From NCBI GenBank assembly GCA_965223265.1, contig OZ244999.1:4480001-4544000 (forward strand): a stretch of DNA of 64,000 nucleotides. Direction: 5' to 3'. The notes beneath the pieces are model-generated. The model did no database searches. It was not told where the DNA came from and saw nothing but the letters and a program-made list of their open reading frames with translations. A program made the translations under genes and the position numbers. This document shows positions 31,901 to 40,356 of the stretch, piece after piece (the stretch's first letter is position 1; each line of letters starts with the position of its first letter). Source of the DNA: Planctomycetota bacterium (GTDB lineage Bacteria > Planctomycetota > UBA8108 > SXIK01).

Positions 31901-33863
31901 CGAGGGAGGCGCCGTTGCCACCGAAGCCCCCGCCTGGCCCACCCAAGCCACCACCGCCGCCGGTTTCCATCGCCTGGCCGACGACGTAGATTCCTCCGAT
32001 CGGCGTGCTCTCGCCGGTGAAGCCGCTGCAGTCGAGAAGTCCGGCACAGCGAAAGAGTTCCCGTTCCGTGCCACCATCAACTCCGATTCCAGAAAGCCGT
32101 AGCACGAACGGCCGTGATCCGGACACGAGAACCGCGACGTTCTCCTCAATGGTGAAGCTGGCGAAATGAAACTCACCAATCTCTGCGCCCGGATTGGCAA
32201 AGATGCGCGGGTTCACCGTCAGCACGTCGTCGGAGTCTGGGTCCTCGGCCGGCGTCAGCTGGTTGAAGACGATCGACATGCGGTCCGTGTCAATTGTATA
32301 GAACTGAATAACCTCCTCGGGAAGCGGCAGGTCGTTCAGCACGACCTCCTCCGTGCCCGCGCCAAAGGCGTCCACCGCTGGCGAGTCGAGTCTTCCCTCG
32401 AGCGCGCCAGGGTTGTCCGGTGGTCCCCAGCTGGCCGTCCCAGCGCTCGAATCTTCGCGTGCGTCCGTCTGGAACCCCTCCAACTGGGTACGGAGTGCGG
32501 TCTCGAACGTCTCGTCGCTGCCCGGAAGCTCCTCCATGTAGTAGTAGAGGACTGCCGGCGTGATCCATTCATGCGCCTCGTTGTAAGCGCGTCCAGCACC
32601 GATCGCGTCGACTCGCGGTTTGAGGCGGAAGTGGACCGCCGAGAAGCGCTGCGTCTCGTCCTGTCCACCGGCCAGGGCGCGACTGCGGTTCAGGTCACAG
32701 AACGCCGGGTCGCGGGGCGCGTCCCAAACAAAAGCACGCAAACTACCGCCGCCGGGAAGCAGTCGGTGCCCTGTCGGCACCAGCTTTGAGCCAGCGAGCA
32801 CGCCGAGCGAGCCTGAATGCGCCGAATCCGAATCCAGAGGCTTGGCAGTTCGCCACGCGTCGTTCGGTTCCGACGTCAGCTTCCAGGAGACATCCATGTG
32901 CCAGGCCGCGGCCACCTGTCCCTCGTAAAACGAGTAGTGAATGCGCACCGGACCGGTGTGCACACCGGTCGGCACCTTGACGCCGCTGATGACCGGCCCA
33001 AGCTCGTTCGGGGAATTGTCGAGGTTGAGGTCGAGACCATTCACCACGGGGATCTGGATCGAATTCGAGGAACCGCCGGGTCCACTCAGAACGATTCCGA
33101 CGTTGTCACGGAGGTTTCCGAAGCTGAGCCGAATATCGTTGCGATCATCGCGAAAGCTGAATCCAATCCGCTGATACCCTGTCGGCGGTGGCGCGTTCGG
33201 GTCGAACGGATCGACCGTTCGCTGCACCGTGTTGATCGGAATGCGGGCGCCGTTTCCCTGCGGGTCAGAGACGCGGATGTCGGAAATCTCACCGAAATTG
33301 ATCCCCCACAGCTCAAGAAACGAGTTGCCTTCGATGAAACCGAGCTGAGTCAAATGTTCGATAGCCTCTTGGTCGCCATTGCGGCCAAGGGTCACGGCCA
33401 TGACCTGCGGTGAGGCTGAATAGCCACGCGCACCGGCAAGCACGTCGTTGACCACAACTGTGACGTTTCCTGACGTCACGCCACCCGGGACGACGACACG
33501 AAGCTCTGACTCGAGACCGTTTCCAGGATCACCATCACTGGGAAACGTGACGCGCAGCGGCAAACCGGCGACCTCGGTGAGGCCGGCGGTGAAGAGGGCT
33601 TTGTTGTCCGAGAGGTTTTGCGAAAAGTTGAGCCCGAACAGACTGACGACGGTTCCCGTCGTCACGCCTTCGCCATCGAACGAGAGATCGAGTAGCACCG
33701 GAGCTGCTTGCGACGGCACCCCCGGCCCCCCTGGCCCTCCAACTGGCGGGGTGACTCCCGTTCCGCCGCCACTTCCGCTGCTACTTTTCGAAAAGTCGCA
33801 GCTCTGCGCCAACAGCAGGCACAACGACGAGGACAAAACGGCAAACCATCTTCTCATGCGCAT
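28998..33863 (-). CDS. Giant glycine-rich surface lipoprotein with an IPT/TIG-like N-terminus and two polyglycine modules
   Basis: RBS AAGGAGG before ATG 33863; lipobox LAQSC; repeated GGGGxGG runs interleaved with beta-strands. Confidence 0.78.
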   Translation of the reverse strand: MRMRRWFAVLSSSLCLLLAQSCDFSKSSSGSGGGTGVTPPVGGPGGPGVPSQAAPVLLDLSFDGEGVTTGTVVSLFGLNFSQNLSDNKALFTAGLTEVAGLPLRVTFPSDGDPGNGLESELRVVVPGGVTSGNVTVVVNDVLAGARGYSASPQVMAVTLGRNGDQEAIEHLTQLGFIEGNSFLELWGINFGEISDIRVSDPQGNGARIPINTVQRTVDPFDPNAPPPTGYQRIGFSFRDDRNDIRLSFGNLRDNVGIVLSGPGGSSNSIQIPVVNGLDLNLDNSPNELGPVISGVKVPTGVHTGPVRIHYSFYEGQVAAAWHMDVSWKLTSEPNDAWRTAKPLDSDSAHSGSLGVLAGSKLVPTGHRLLPGGGSLRAFVWDAPRDPAFCDLNRSRALAGGQDETQRFSAVHFRLKPRVDAIGAGRAYNEAHEWITPAVLYYYMEELPGSDETFETALRTQLEGFQTDAREDSSAGTASWGPPDNPGALEGRLDSPAVDAFGAGTEEVVLNDLPLPEEVIQFYTIDTDRMSIVFNQLTPAEDPDSDDVLTVNPRIFANPGAEIGEFHFASFTIEENVAVLVSGSRPFVLRLSGIGVDGGTERELFRCAGLLDCSGFTGESTPIGGIYVVGQAMETGGGGGLGGPGGGFGGNGASLVLSSPTSSARVQALLPAEDGQFQGGGGGETTAAVGFTQGTSKFWGAPGGGGGHSRVGGDGDPQTPAPVEYQPPRGGQGGPARGEPTLVELTPGSGGGGGGATITRLGTEGHFVMGGAGGGGGGGICHIVADGSVVVTDSGLITARGGEGGSSLGDRAQIPATGGNTPGRIAGGGPGGGGSGGTILVQVTGAAQMSCDSLDVEGGLPGISGDVIGPPNNRRVEVVQNLIAGAGVGAPGYIKIETSFGAPSCPSLTAETELAGIAGADNMIEPCLPADRSMLALADASDFPPSGRIVVIGETLNLDQGGNCAELTGEIGTEEMVYFARNGNNLEGLGRGANGTEPLNFNAGARVVLRGALEPFDDSAVLPDGGIVQVSDPIEPGRGRDGELQIRFLPSLDPATGEPLIDATTGEVISIWTFDTDSGVILTPEGEPFREVRSDDPSFLDVTVLLIDENTILRGRGSRPMVISVAGLADIAGTIDVGGGHGGGLRFSTREPTSPQHGVGGEPGPGGGAGGDGGFVTFVDGDLSNKAPANTLPQPGQPGGLPPGVPEAWDQTPVPIGRGSGEDDLVVFPALTRPTGGATARGQPCDTEDNPGPCETTAGGGAGGGNSSAGGDANVSSGPAIAFPPFAPEASGAGGSVFGISNLRFGGDFWPYGGVGGAGGGAFPQVSASYKQGIAPPGSVVFGGVQSPLPKASHAPGTGGGGGGGVLRLVAENLLLRETGRILSRGGDAFQSIDLGGNGGGGAGGNVLIQARNSISIAPGASIDVRGGRANQSVPFDTAQQLPVYEGNLNRAQLALVDSFFGGVGGDGAPGRVRVEVPVDSNAFVSGFNPSVSGGSFSIGAARSVGVSLPFEVAVGPGQTVRSVGMNLEAGLVRYHDFGLPLGTSSVVLWEGAPESLDRHGFPGEFRQRVKDIRELEEREFVRFRVPLLTNVLSQETQSLREVRVRYSYAVLPDTDCLFIDP

Positions 33864-34493
33864 GAGAAACCCATCCTCCTTTTTGATCGAACTCAACTCG
33901 TCCTCCGTTCGCTTCGGGCCGCACAGGCCCAGCATCCCAACAGAACAAGTCCAGAGGCGGACTGATTGGCATGGAACGGCGGGCAAGTTGGTCGAGGGTC
34001 GATCAGGCGTACAACACGCGCCACCGCGCGGCTGCAGCGTTCAGAACCAACGACCTAAAACTGTGGGGAATTCAGGAGGCCCAAACCATCCCACACCTCT
34101 GAGATGTTGAGGGCCTTTCGGGGGGGCCTCTCGAGGCGCTTCGGGAGTCGGAGAAGCTTGCTTCTTTCCTGTTGCTGTAAGTCGTTACGATCGATCGTGT
34201 TGACTGACGACGTGACGCCACACAGAAAACAAACGACCGAGGATAGAGACGGTCGTAACGCAGCAAAGGGTTCGAAGTCTCCTTGAGATCTTAACTGTCG
34301 AAATCCTAAATCAAAAGAGAAAAACTTAGACTCGACGTCCATTGTAACGTCAAAGCCGAGGCTGAATAGTGTTGACTTGATCGGACCTAGCGTGAGGCTA
34401 GAAACCGGTGACGACGTGCGGTTCTGTTCAGCTTCGCGGCCCCGCGAGGGAAGGCCGGACCGGCCGCTTTCGAAGCGTCGATAGGAGGCTCCA

Positions 34494-36272
34494 ATGCCCC
34501 ACCCAAAGCTGATCCTTCGAGACGCTTTCGAGCGCGAGCTGGCGGCCATCCGCCGCCTGTTGCGGGGACGACGCGTGAGGCGGGAGCAAGGCGTTGGTGT
34601 CCCATCGCGAACAAAAAGCGAATGCAGGCAGGCGGAACCTGTGCCAACCGTGACGCCACGACCTGCGAGCCAGCGCCGGGTACGAAGCCGGCGACGGTTT
34701 TCGCTCGCCGCTTGGCTGCTTTCGGGCCTCCTGCACGGAGCTCTGCTCGCGTCGCTGCTTTGGATTCTCATTCCGGAGGATTCCCCCCCGGCGAGTCCGT
34801 CAGGCATGATCGTCTCACTGCGGCGCTTGCGACCTGCGTCTCCCCCACCATCGCGACCTGAGCCCCCCAAAAAGACGCAAAGCTCGACAGATGACGCAGC
34901 GCGCGAGACCAGCGCGCCAAAGGCGCCAGCTGAAACTCCAGCCCCGGCGCGCCCACAACAACAGACGAGCCCGCGGCAGCGGCCGCCGCCCGCTCTGCGG
35001 CGGACGCTGGGACTCGGCGCCGCCCCGCCGCTGCCGCAGCGCGAACCCACTGCGGGCGACGCACTAGCGACAGTCTCGTCACTCGGCGACCGACGCACCC
35101 AAGGTAAGGGCCACCTACTGCAGCGCTACGGCGGCGGCGCCGGCACAGAGGATGCGGTCAGCCGAGGTCTCCGCTGGCTCGCGGCGCACCAGGATCAAGA
35201 CGGCGGCTGGAGCGCCGAGGGATTCTCGAAGCACTGCGGCGAGGAGCTGCCCTGTCCCGGGGCCGGCATCGAAGAGTTCGACGTCGGGGTGAGTGCTTTG
35301 GCCAGTTTGGCCTTCTTGGGTGCGGGACAACTTCACGCCGCAAAGCAGCGTCGCGGCCACCCTCGGCAAGCAGCGGGGAGTCTTGAACGCCCCTATCGCG
35401 ACGTCGCCGAGCGTTCGCTCTCCTACCTGCTCGCCGCGCAGGAGCCGGACGGCTCCTACGGGCCACCAACGGCGCACCAGATGTACAACCACTCCCTCGC
35501 GACGCTCGCACTCGCGGAGGCATTCGTGCTGACCCAGAAGCCGATCTACCGCGACAGTGTCCGACGTGCCGTGGAGCTGACGACGACATCTCAGCGCCGC
35601 GGCGGCGGCTGGGACTATTCGGCGGCCCCGAGCGACCGCAACGACCTCTCGGTCACCGGCTGGCAGGCGATGGCGCTCGCCGCCGCGGAGCGCGCCGGCA
35701 TTCGTGTGCCGTCAGAGACTATGGAGCGACTTCGCTCGTACTTGTCGACGTCGTTTACCCGTGACGGGATCGGTATCTACAGCGACCGCGGTGCCGATGC
35801 GGGCCGCCGGGGGATCAACATGGTCGCCGTCGGGATGCTCTCGACTCTGCTGACAGGCAACAGCATGGACCAGCGTCTCAACGCCGGCCGCGACCGGCTT
35901 CTGCGGCGGCCTCCCGACTGGAGCCAAACCTCGCGCTGGGAGTCGACGTACCAGTCGTACTACTACTGGTACACTGCGTCGCTGGCGCTCTTTCTCTACT
36001 GCGCCGAGTCTCAACCGAAGAAGTGGGCCGCGTGGAACCACGCGCTGCAGCGCGAGCTGTTGCCGCATCAAGATCTAGACGGGCATGTATTCGGCAGCTG
36101 GAAACCCGAACGCAGTTGGGTTGGTGTGACCGGCGGTCGCGTCTGTTCCACAGCGCTCTGTGTGCTGACACTCGAGACGTACTACCGATACGAGCCCTTG
36201 GCGAGTCTGCGTGGAACGCAGCGGCCCCCGACGAAGGCGACCGCAACGCGTCGCCGCAAAGGAGGCGACTAA
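34494..36272 (+). CDS. Membrane-anchored prenyltransferase/squalene-cyclase-fold protein
   Basis: RBS AGGAGG; TM 'WLLSGLLHGALLASLLWIL'; Pro-rich linker; 'GGGAGTEDAVSRGLRWLAAHQDQDGGW', 'MYNHSLATLALAE', 'YYYWYTASLAL'. Confidence 0.8.
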   Translation: MPHPKLILRDAFERELAAIRRLLRGRRVRREQGVGVPSRTKSECRQAEPVPTVTPRPASQRRVRSRRRFSLAAWLLSGLLHGALLASLLWILIPEDSPPASPSGMIVSLRRLRPASPPPSRPEPPKKTQSSTDDAARETSAPKAPAETPAPARPQQQTSPRQRPPPALRRTLGLGAAPPLPQREPTAGDALATVSSLGDRRTQGKGHLLQRYGGGAGTEDAVSRGLRWLAAHQDQDGGWSAEGFSKHCGEELPCPGAGIEEFDVGVSALASLAFLGAGQLHAAKQRRGHPRQAAGSLERPYRDVAERSLSYLLAAQEPDGSYGPPTAHQMYNHSLATLALAEAFVLTQKPIYRDSVRRAVELTTTSQRRGGGWDYSAAPSDRNDLSVTGWQAMALAAAERAGIRVPSETMERLRSYLSTSFTRDGIGIYSDRGADAGRRGINMVAVGMLSTLLTGNSMDQRLNAGRDRLLRRPPDWSQTSRWESTYQSYYYWYTASLALFLYCAESQPKKWAAWNHALQRELLPHQDLDGHVFGSWKPERSWVGVTGGRVCSTALCVLTLETYYRYEPLASLRGTQRPPTKATATRRRKGGD

Positions 36273-37009
36273 TGCCGCGAAAGCCATTCACGCCAGCCTT
36301 TCCAGCTGGCTTCTTTTCCAGTAGCGAAATCCGCGCCTGGGACGCGCGCGCCATCGAGGAGTTCGGTGTGCCAGGCGTGGTGCTGATGGAGAACGCCGGG
36401 CGTCATGCGAGCGAGTGGATCTTGGCGTGGGCGCAGGAGGGAAAGCTGTCAGCGCCCTTTCATATCTACTGCGGACCCGGCAACAACGGCGGTGACGGAT
36501 TTGTTGTCGCTCGTCACCTCGCCAATCATCTGCAGGAGACGCACGTGACTCTCGTCGGCGGGGATCGTTCGGAGACCGAATCGGACGCCGCGGTGCACCG
36601 AGAGATCGCCCGTCGCATGGGTATTCCGTTCGTCGCGACCGCACAATCTCCCACCAGCGCAAACCGTCCGACCTGCGGCACGGTCGTCGATGCCCTTTTC
36701 GGCACGGGTCTGTCTCGCCCTATCGGCAGCCCGTTTCGAGAGTGGATCGAGATGCTAACGGACACGGCCCTTCCTGTCGTCGCCCTCGACATTCCCTCGG
36801 GCCTCGATGCGGAACTTCCCAAAACGCACGGAACTTCCCTGCGCGCCCAATGGACGGTAACGTTCGCCGCGCGCAAGACGAGCTTTGATACGCCGCTGGG
36901 TCAAGATTTGTGCGGACACGTAGAGGTTGCTGATATCGGCATGCCACGGTCGATCTGGGATCACTCGTTTGATGCCAGCAAATTCGGCCGCGATTCCGCT
37001 GCACGTTAG
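36272..37009 (+). CDS. nnrE: NAD(P)H-hydrate epimerase (stand-alone YjeF_N)
   Basis: LMENAG, CGPGNNGGDGFVVARHL, VDALFGTGL, ALDIPSG, DIGMP; TAATG overlap with the upstream gene. Confidence 0.93.
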   Translation: MPRKPFTPAFPAGFFSSSEIRAWDARAIEEFGVPGVVLMENAGRHASEWILAWAQEGKLSAPFHIYCGPGNNGGDGFVVARHLANHLQETHVTLVGGDRSETESDAAVHREIARRMGIPFVATAQSPTSANRPTCGTVVDALFGTGLSRPIGSPFREWIEMLTDTALPVVALDIPSGLDAELPKTHGTSLRAQWTVTFAARKTSFDTPLGQDLCGHVEVADIGMPRSIWDHSFDASKFGRDSAAR

Positions 37010-37076
37010 CCCGCACCCACAACGCTTCTTCTCGGAAAGAGAGTGCGGTGAAATCGGCGCCCGCATCGTCAACGGA

Positions 37077-37085
37077 TGCTACAAT
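37077..37085 (+). promoter_or_regulatory. Extended -10 element TG-c-TACAAT
   Basis: Lies about 35 nt upstream of ATG 37121. Confidence 0.4.
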
Positions 37086-37120
37086 TCGGGAGAGCCTCGA
37101 AGAATCCGCGGAGACCCTTT

Positions 37121-37732
37121 ATGCTCGAAATCGTGGAAAAAATGATCGCTGGGATCGGGGTCCTGGCGCTTGTGCTCGTCGTCACGCTCTACAACTGGGC
37201 GCCCCCCTCTCTGCGCAACCCCGAGGACGTGCCCCGCGTTCAGAAGGCGCCGCCCGTGCCCACATCCGGCACCTCCGAGGCGATCGCCCAGCCCGCCCGG
37301 CCCTCTCTCGCAGATCGGACGATCCTGGAGAAGATCACGCGCGAGCAGGGGGTGCGGATCACAAACCGACGAATCACGCGAGAGAACTACGACGTGCCTG
37401 CAATCCTCTTTGAAGAGGCGACGAAAGAGGCCAACTGGATGGCCGACTTCAAGAAAATCGGCAGTCGTCCGATTGCCGCCAAGGATGGCCGTGCGACACG
37501 GCTGCAGATTTTCCTCGACGAGTCCACCGAGACGTACCTGCACAAATTCGATTTTCAAAACAACGACATCATCGAACTCATTGACGGCAGCACCGTCGAT
37601 TTCCGCGCCAATTCGCATGAGCTCTACGAACTCTTCGGCACGCTCAGCAAGAAGATGCGACGCGGCGAACCGCTCGACATCACGGTCAACCGCGGCGGTC
37701 GACTCGTGAATCTGAACTTTCGGTTGCAGTGA
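37121..37732 (+). CDS. Single-TM protein with a C-terminal PDZ-like domain resembling the GspC C-terminus
   Basis: N-terminal TM; C-terminal 'FQNNDIIELIDG...ELYELF...LDITVNRGGRLVNLNFRLQ'. Confidence 0.55.
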   Translation: MLEIVEKMIAGIGVLALVLVVTLYNWAPPSLRNPEDVPRVQKAPPVPTSGTSEAIAQPARPSLADRTILEKITREQGVRITNRRITRENYDVPAILFEEATKEANWMADFKKIGSRPIAAKDGRATRLQIFLDESTETYLHKFDFQNNDIIELIDGSTVDFRANSHELYELFGTLSKKMRRGEPLDITVNRGGRLVNLNFRLQ

Positions 37733-37810
37733 AGTGTCTGCGATCCGATCCCGACTGTAGCGCCTGCGACGAAACAGCCTGCGCACGACGCTTCGCTCCC
37801 GCGGACACCT

Positions 37811-39268
37811 TCACGGCGTCGGAATGTCGAGGCTCTTGATGAGGTTGTAGAGCGTCTTCACGTTGATCTTGAGGACGCGGGCTGTCCGCATCTTGTTGCC
37901 CTCGTTAGCTCGCAAGACGTTGGCGATGTGTAGTCTCTTCACCTCGTCCAACGTCAGACTCGGCGAGAACCCGGCGTCTTCCGACGGTTCGAGACTGCCG
38001 TCGAGATACTCGTCGACGTCTGCACCTTCGACTCGCCGTCCTTTGGCGAGAAGGAGCAACCTCTCGACCGCGTTCTCGAGCTCGCGCACGTTGCCCGTCC
38101 AGCGGTACTTCTGCAGCTGCTGAACCGCGTCGTCGGTGAAGGTCTTCGGCTCCAAGGATCGCTCCGCTGCTAGCCGTTCCGCGAAGGTAGCCACGAGTTC
38201 AGGAATCTCCTCGGGTCGATTCCTCAGAGGTGGTACTTCAAGGCAAATCACGTTAAGACGGTAGAAGAGGTCAGCGCGAAAATTCCCTTTTTCGACCTCT
38301 TCCTTGAGGTCTTTGTTCGTCGCCGCGACGACACGCACGTCGACTTTGACGACTTGGCTGCCACCGATGCGGCGAAACTCGCGAAACTGAAGGACACGCA
38401 GTAGTTTCACCTGCATGTCAGGACTTGTCTCACCGATTTCGTCAAGGAAGATCGTGCTCTTGTCGGCCGCCTCGAAGAGCCCCATCTGGCGCTGGACAGC
38501 GCCGGTGAAAGACCCTTTCTCGTGCCCGAAAAGCTGACTCTCCAGCAAAGTCTCCGGCATAGCGCCGCAGTTCACCTCGACGAAAGGGCGGTCGGAGCGA
38601 TTCGACAAGCGATGGATTCTCTTGGCGATGAGCTCCTTGCCCGTGCCGCTCTCGCCCTGGACCAGAATCGTCGACTCCGTCGGAGCGACTGTCTCGACGA
38701 TCTCAAAGATCCGCTTCATGCTGGCACTCTGCGTCACGATCGGAATGTCGTCGACGTTCGCCGACAACTCCGGGTCGATCGCATCTGGCGCTCGCGTAAC
38801 GATCTCCTGGTTGGACTCGATGCAGGAGCTGGACGAGTCGCTGTTGGCGTCAAGAATCGAGACCAACCGTGGCAAAACGGAACGGACATCCATGGAGCCA
38901 AAGAGAAAATCTGCGATGCCGAGACGCATCACATCCCGAACCAGCTCCGGCGTCGCCGTGCGAGCGACCGCGACCACAGGTACCGAGTTACGCTGCTGCG
39001 AAACTCTTGCCAGGAACTCCATCGCTTTCGGAGAATCGATACCCACGAGCAAGAGGCCAACGTCGCCGACGCCAAGACGTTTCTCGACGTCTTCCTCCTT
39101 CTGAACGCTCGTCACTGACGCGTTGCCGAGAAAGAGTGCTTTATTGAGGAAGATGCGCAGCTCCGGATCTCGGTTAAAGACGAGAACCTCAAACTTCCTC
39201 TCGCGAACCGGTCGATCGACCGACTCGGCAACCCGTGTTTCCGGATCCGATGTGGGAGTCGAATTCAT
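37811..39268 (-). CDS. Sigma54-dependent activator (pseudo-receiver, AAA+, Fis-type HTH)
   Basis: GESGTGKE, ESQLFGHEKGSFTGA, FLDEIGE, FRADLFYRLNV, WTGNVRELEN, C-terminal HTH 'GNKMRTARVLKINVKTLY'. Confidence 0.93.
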   Translation of the reverse strand: MNSTPTSDPETRVAESVDRPVRERKFEVLVFNRDPELRIFLNKALFLGNASVTSVQKEEDVEKRLGVGDVGLLLVGIDSPKAMEFLARVSQQRNSVPVVAVARTATPELVRDVMRLGIADFLFGSMDVRSVLPRLVSILDANSDSSSSCIESNQEIVTRAPDAIDPELSANVDDIPIVTQSASMKRIFEIVETVAPTESTILVQGESGTGKELIAKRIHRLSNRSDRPFVEVNCGAMPETLLESQLFGHEKGSFTGAVQRQMGLFEAADKSTIFLDEIGETSPDMQVKLLRVLQFREFRRIGGSQVVKVDVRVVAATNKDLKEEVEKGNFRADLFYRLNVICLEVPPLRNRPEEIPELVATFAERLAAERSLEPKTFTDDAVQQLQKYRWTGNVRELENAVERLLLLAKGRRVEGADVDEYLDGSLEPSEDAGFSPSLTLDEVKRLHIANVLRANEGNKMRTARVLKINVKTLYNLIKSLDIPTP

Positions 39269-39306
39269 GAGCTTCTACCTTTGGGCTGGGACAAGTCGCA
39301 CGCTCG

Positions 39307-40257
39307 TCAGAGTTCCGCCAGGTCGTCTCGTCCGGAATGGTCCGTAACGGTCCAGCAACCGCCCTCGACGGTCGCGTCGCCAAATTCGCATCCGATACGA
39401 CTCAGAATGCGAAATTCTCGAATGTATCCATCAAGTTCCTCCAACACGCGTCGGGTGTCAGGGTCTCCGCGCAAACCAAGCCAAAAGTTCGCAATCTCCA
39501 TCGACAGGTGCTCAGTTTGAACGGTATTGATCCCCGCATCGACGAGGCGCAGGATCTCGGCGTGCAACTCTTCCAGATTGGATGGCCATGGATATGACTG
39601 TAGTGCATCCAACGTTTCTGGAAGGAACTCCGACTTCTTCTTTGCTCTACCAGTGGTCAGGAACGACTCGAGAACGGAATCAATCAAGAGAGGAATATCC
39701 TCTCGCCGGTCCCGTAGCGGCGAAATGTGATGCTCTTGCTCGCCGAGAGCGGTATAGAGCCCCCCTCGAAACAGACCCGAGCGCACAAAGCCTTCGATGT
39801 TACGATCGCTTGAGGCAATCAACCGAACGTTCGACGCGATCTCTTTACCATCGCCCAGTCGGCGAAACTTCCCGGTTTGCAAGAACTCCAGAATCGCTTC
39901 CTGAATGACGGGCGTCATCTCTTCGATATGAGAGAGGTAACACGTCCCCGAAACGGCGTGTTTTAAGACCCCGCAGCGCTCCTTGCCCGCAGCGCCGTCT
40001 CCCCCGAAGCCGAAGAGCTCGCGCTTCAGTTCTCGCTCGTAATAGAGGCTACAGTCGATCATCAGCAGCGGCTGTTCACAACGCGCCGACGCGGAGTGAA
40101 TAGCGCGGGCGACCAGCTGCTTGCCGGCACCTCGTTCACCGATCAACAGAACCGGTTTCTCATTCGACGCCGCTGATTCGACGAAGGCGCGCAGCGCCGT
40201 CGCAGCACGGCTGACGCCAACAATCTCTGCAAGTTGCAATGCAGATTCCACTATCAA
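39307..40257 (-). CDS. Degenerate stand-alone sigma54-activator AAA+ domain (pseudo-bEBP)
   Basis: Retains GERGAGKQLVARAIH, ELFG, PLRDRREDIP and YPWPSNLEEL; GAFTGA loop, Walker B and Arg finger are lost. Confidence 0.8.
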   Translation of the reverse strand: MIVESALQLAEIVGVSRAATALRAFVESAASNEKPVLLIGERGAGKQLVARAIHSASARCEQPLLMIDCSLYYERELKRELFGFGGDGAAGKERCGVLKHAVSGTCYLSHIEEMTPVIQEAILEFLQTGKFRRLGDGKEIASNVRLIASSDRNIEGFVRSGLFRGGLYTALGEQEHHISPLRDRREDIPLLIDSVLESFLTTGRAKKKSEFLPETLDALQSYPWPSNLEELHAEILRLVDAGINTVQTEHLSMEIANFWLGLRGDPDTRRVLEELDGYIREFRILSRIGCEFGDATVEGGCWTVTDHSGRDDLAEL

Positions 40258-40356
40258 GTCCCTCTTCTTTCCTTCGTCGTCACAGATGCAGTTCGTCTAG
40301 CTGCCAGGAAGGTGGATCGCTTTCACCTGTCGAGGTGTGTCGTGGCGAGTGCTCAC

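Noticed and set aside
29508-31989. Long plus-strand ORFs (549 aa; Pro-rich 256 aa)
   Set aside because: Antisense readings of the glycine-rich gene, expected at high GC.
34055-35098. 347-aa minus-strand ORF
   Set aside because: Arg/Ser/Gly-rich shadow overlapping the better-supported plus-strand gene that has an AGGAGG RBS.
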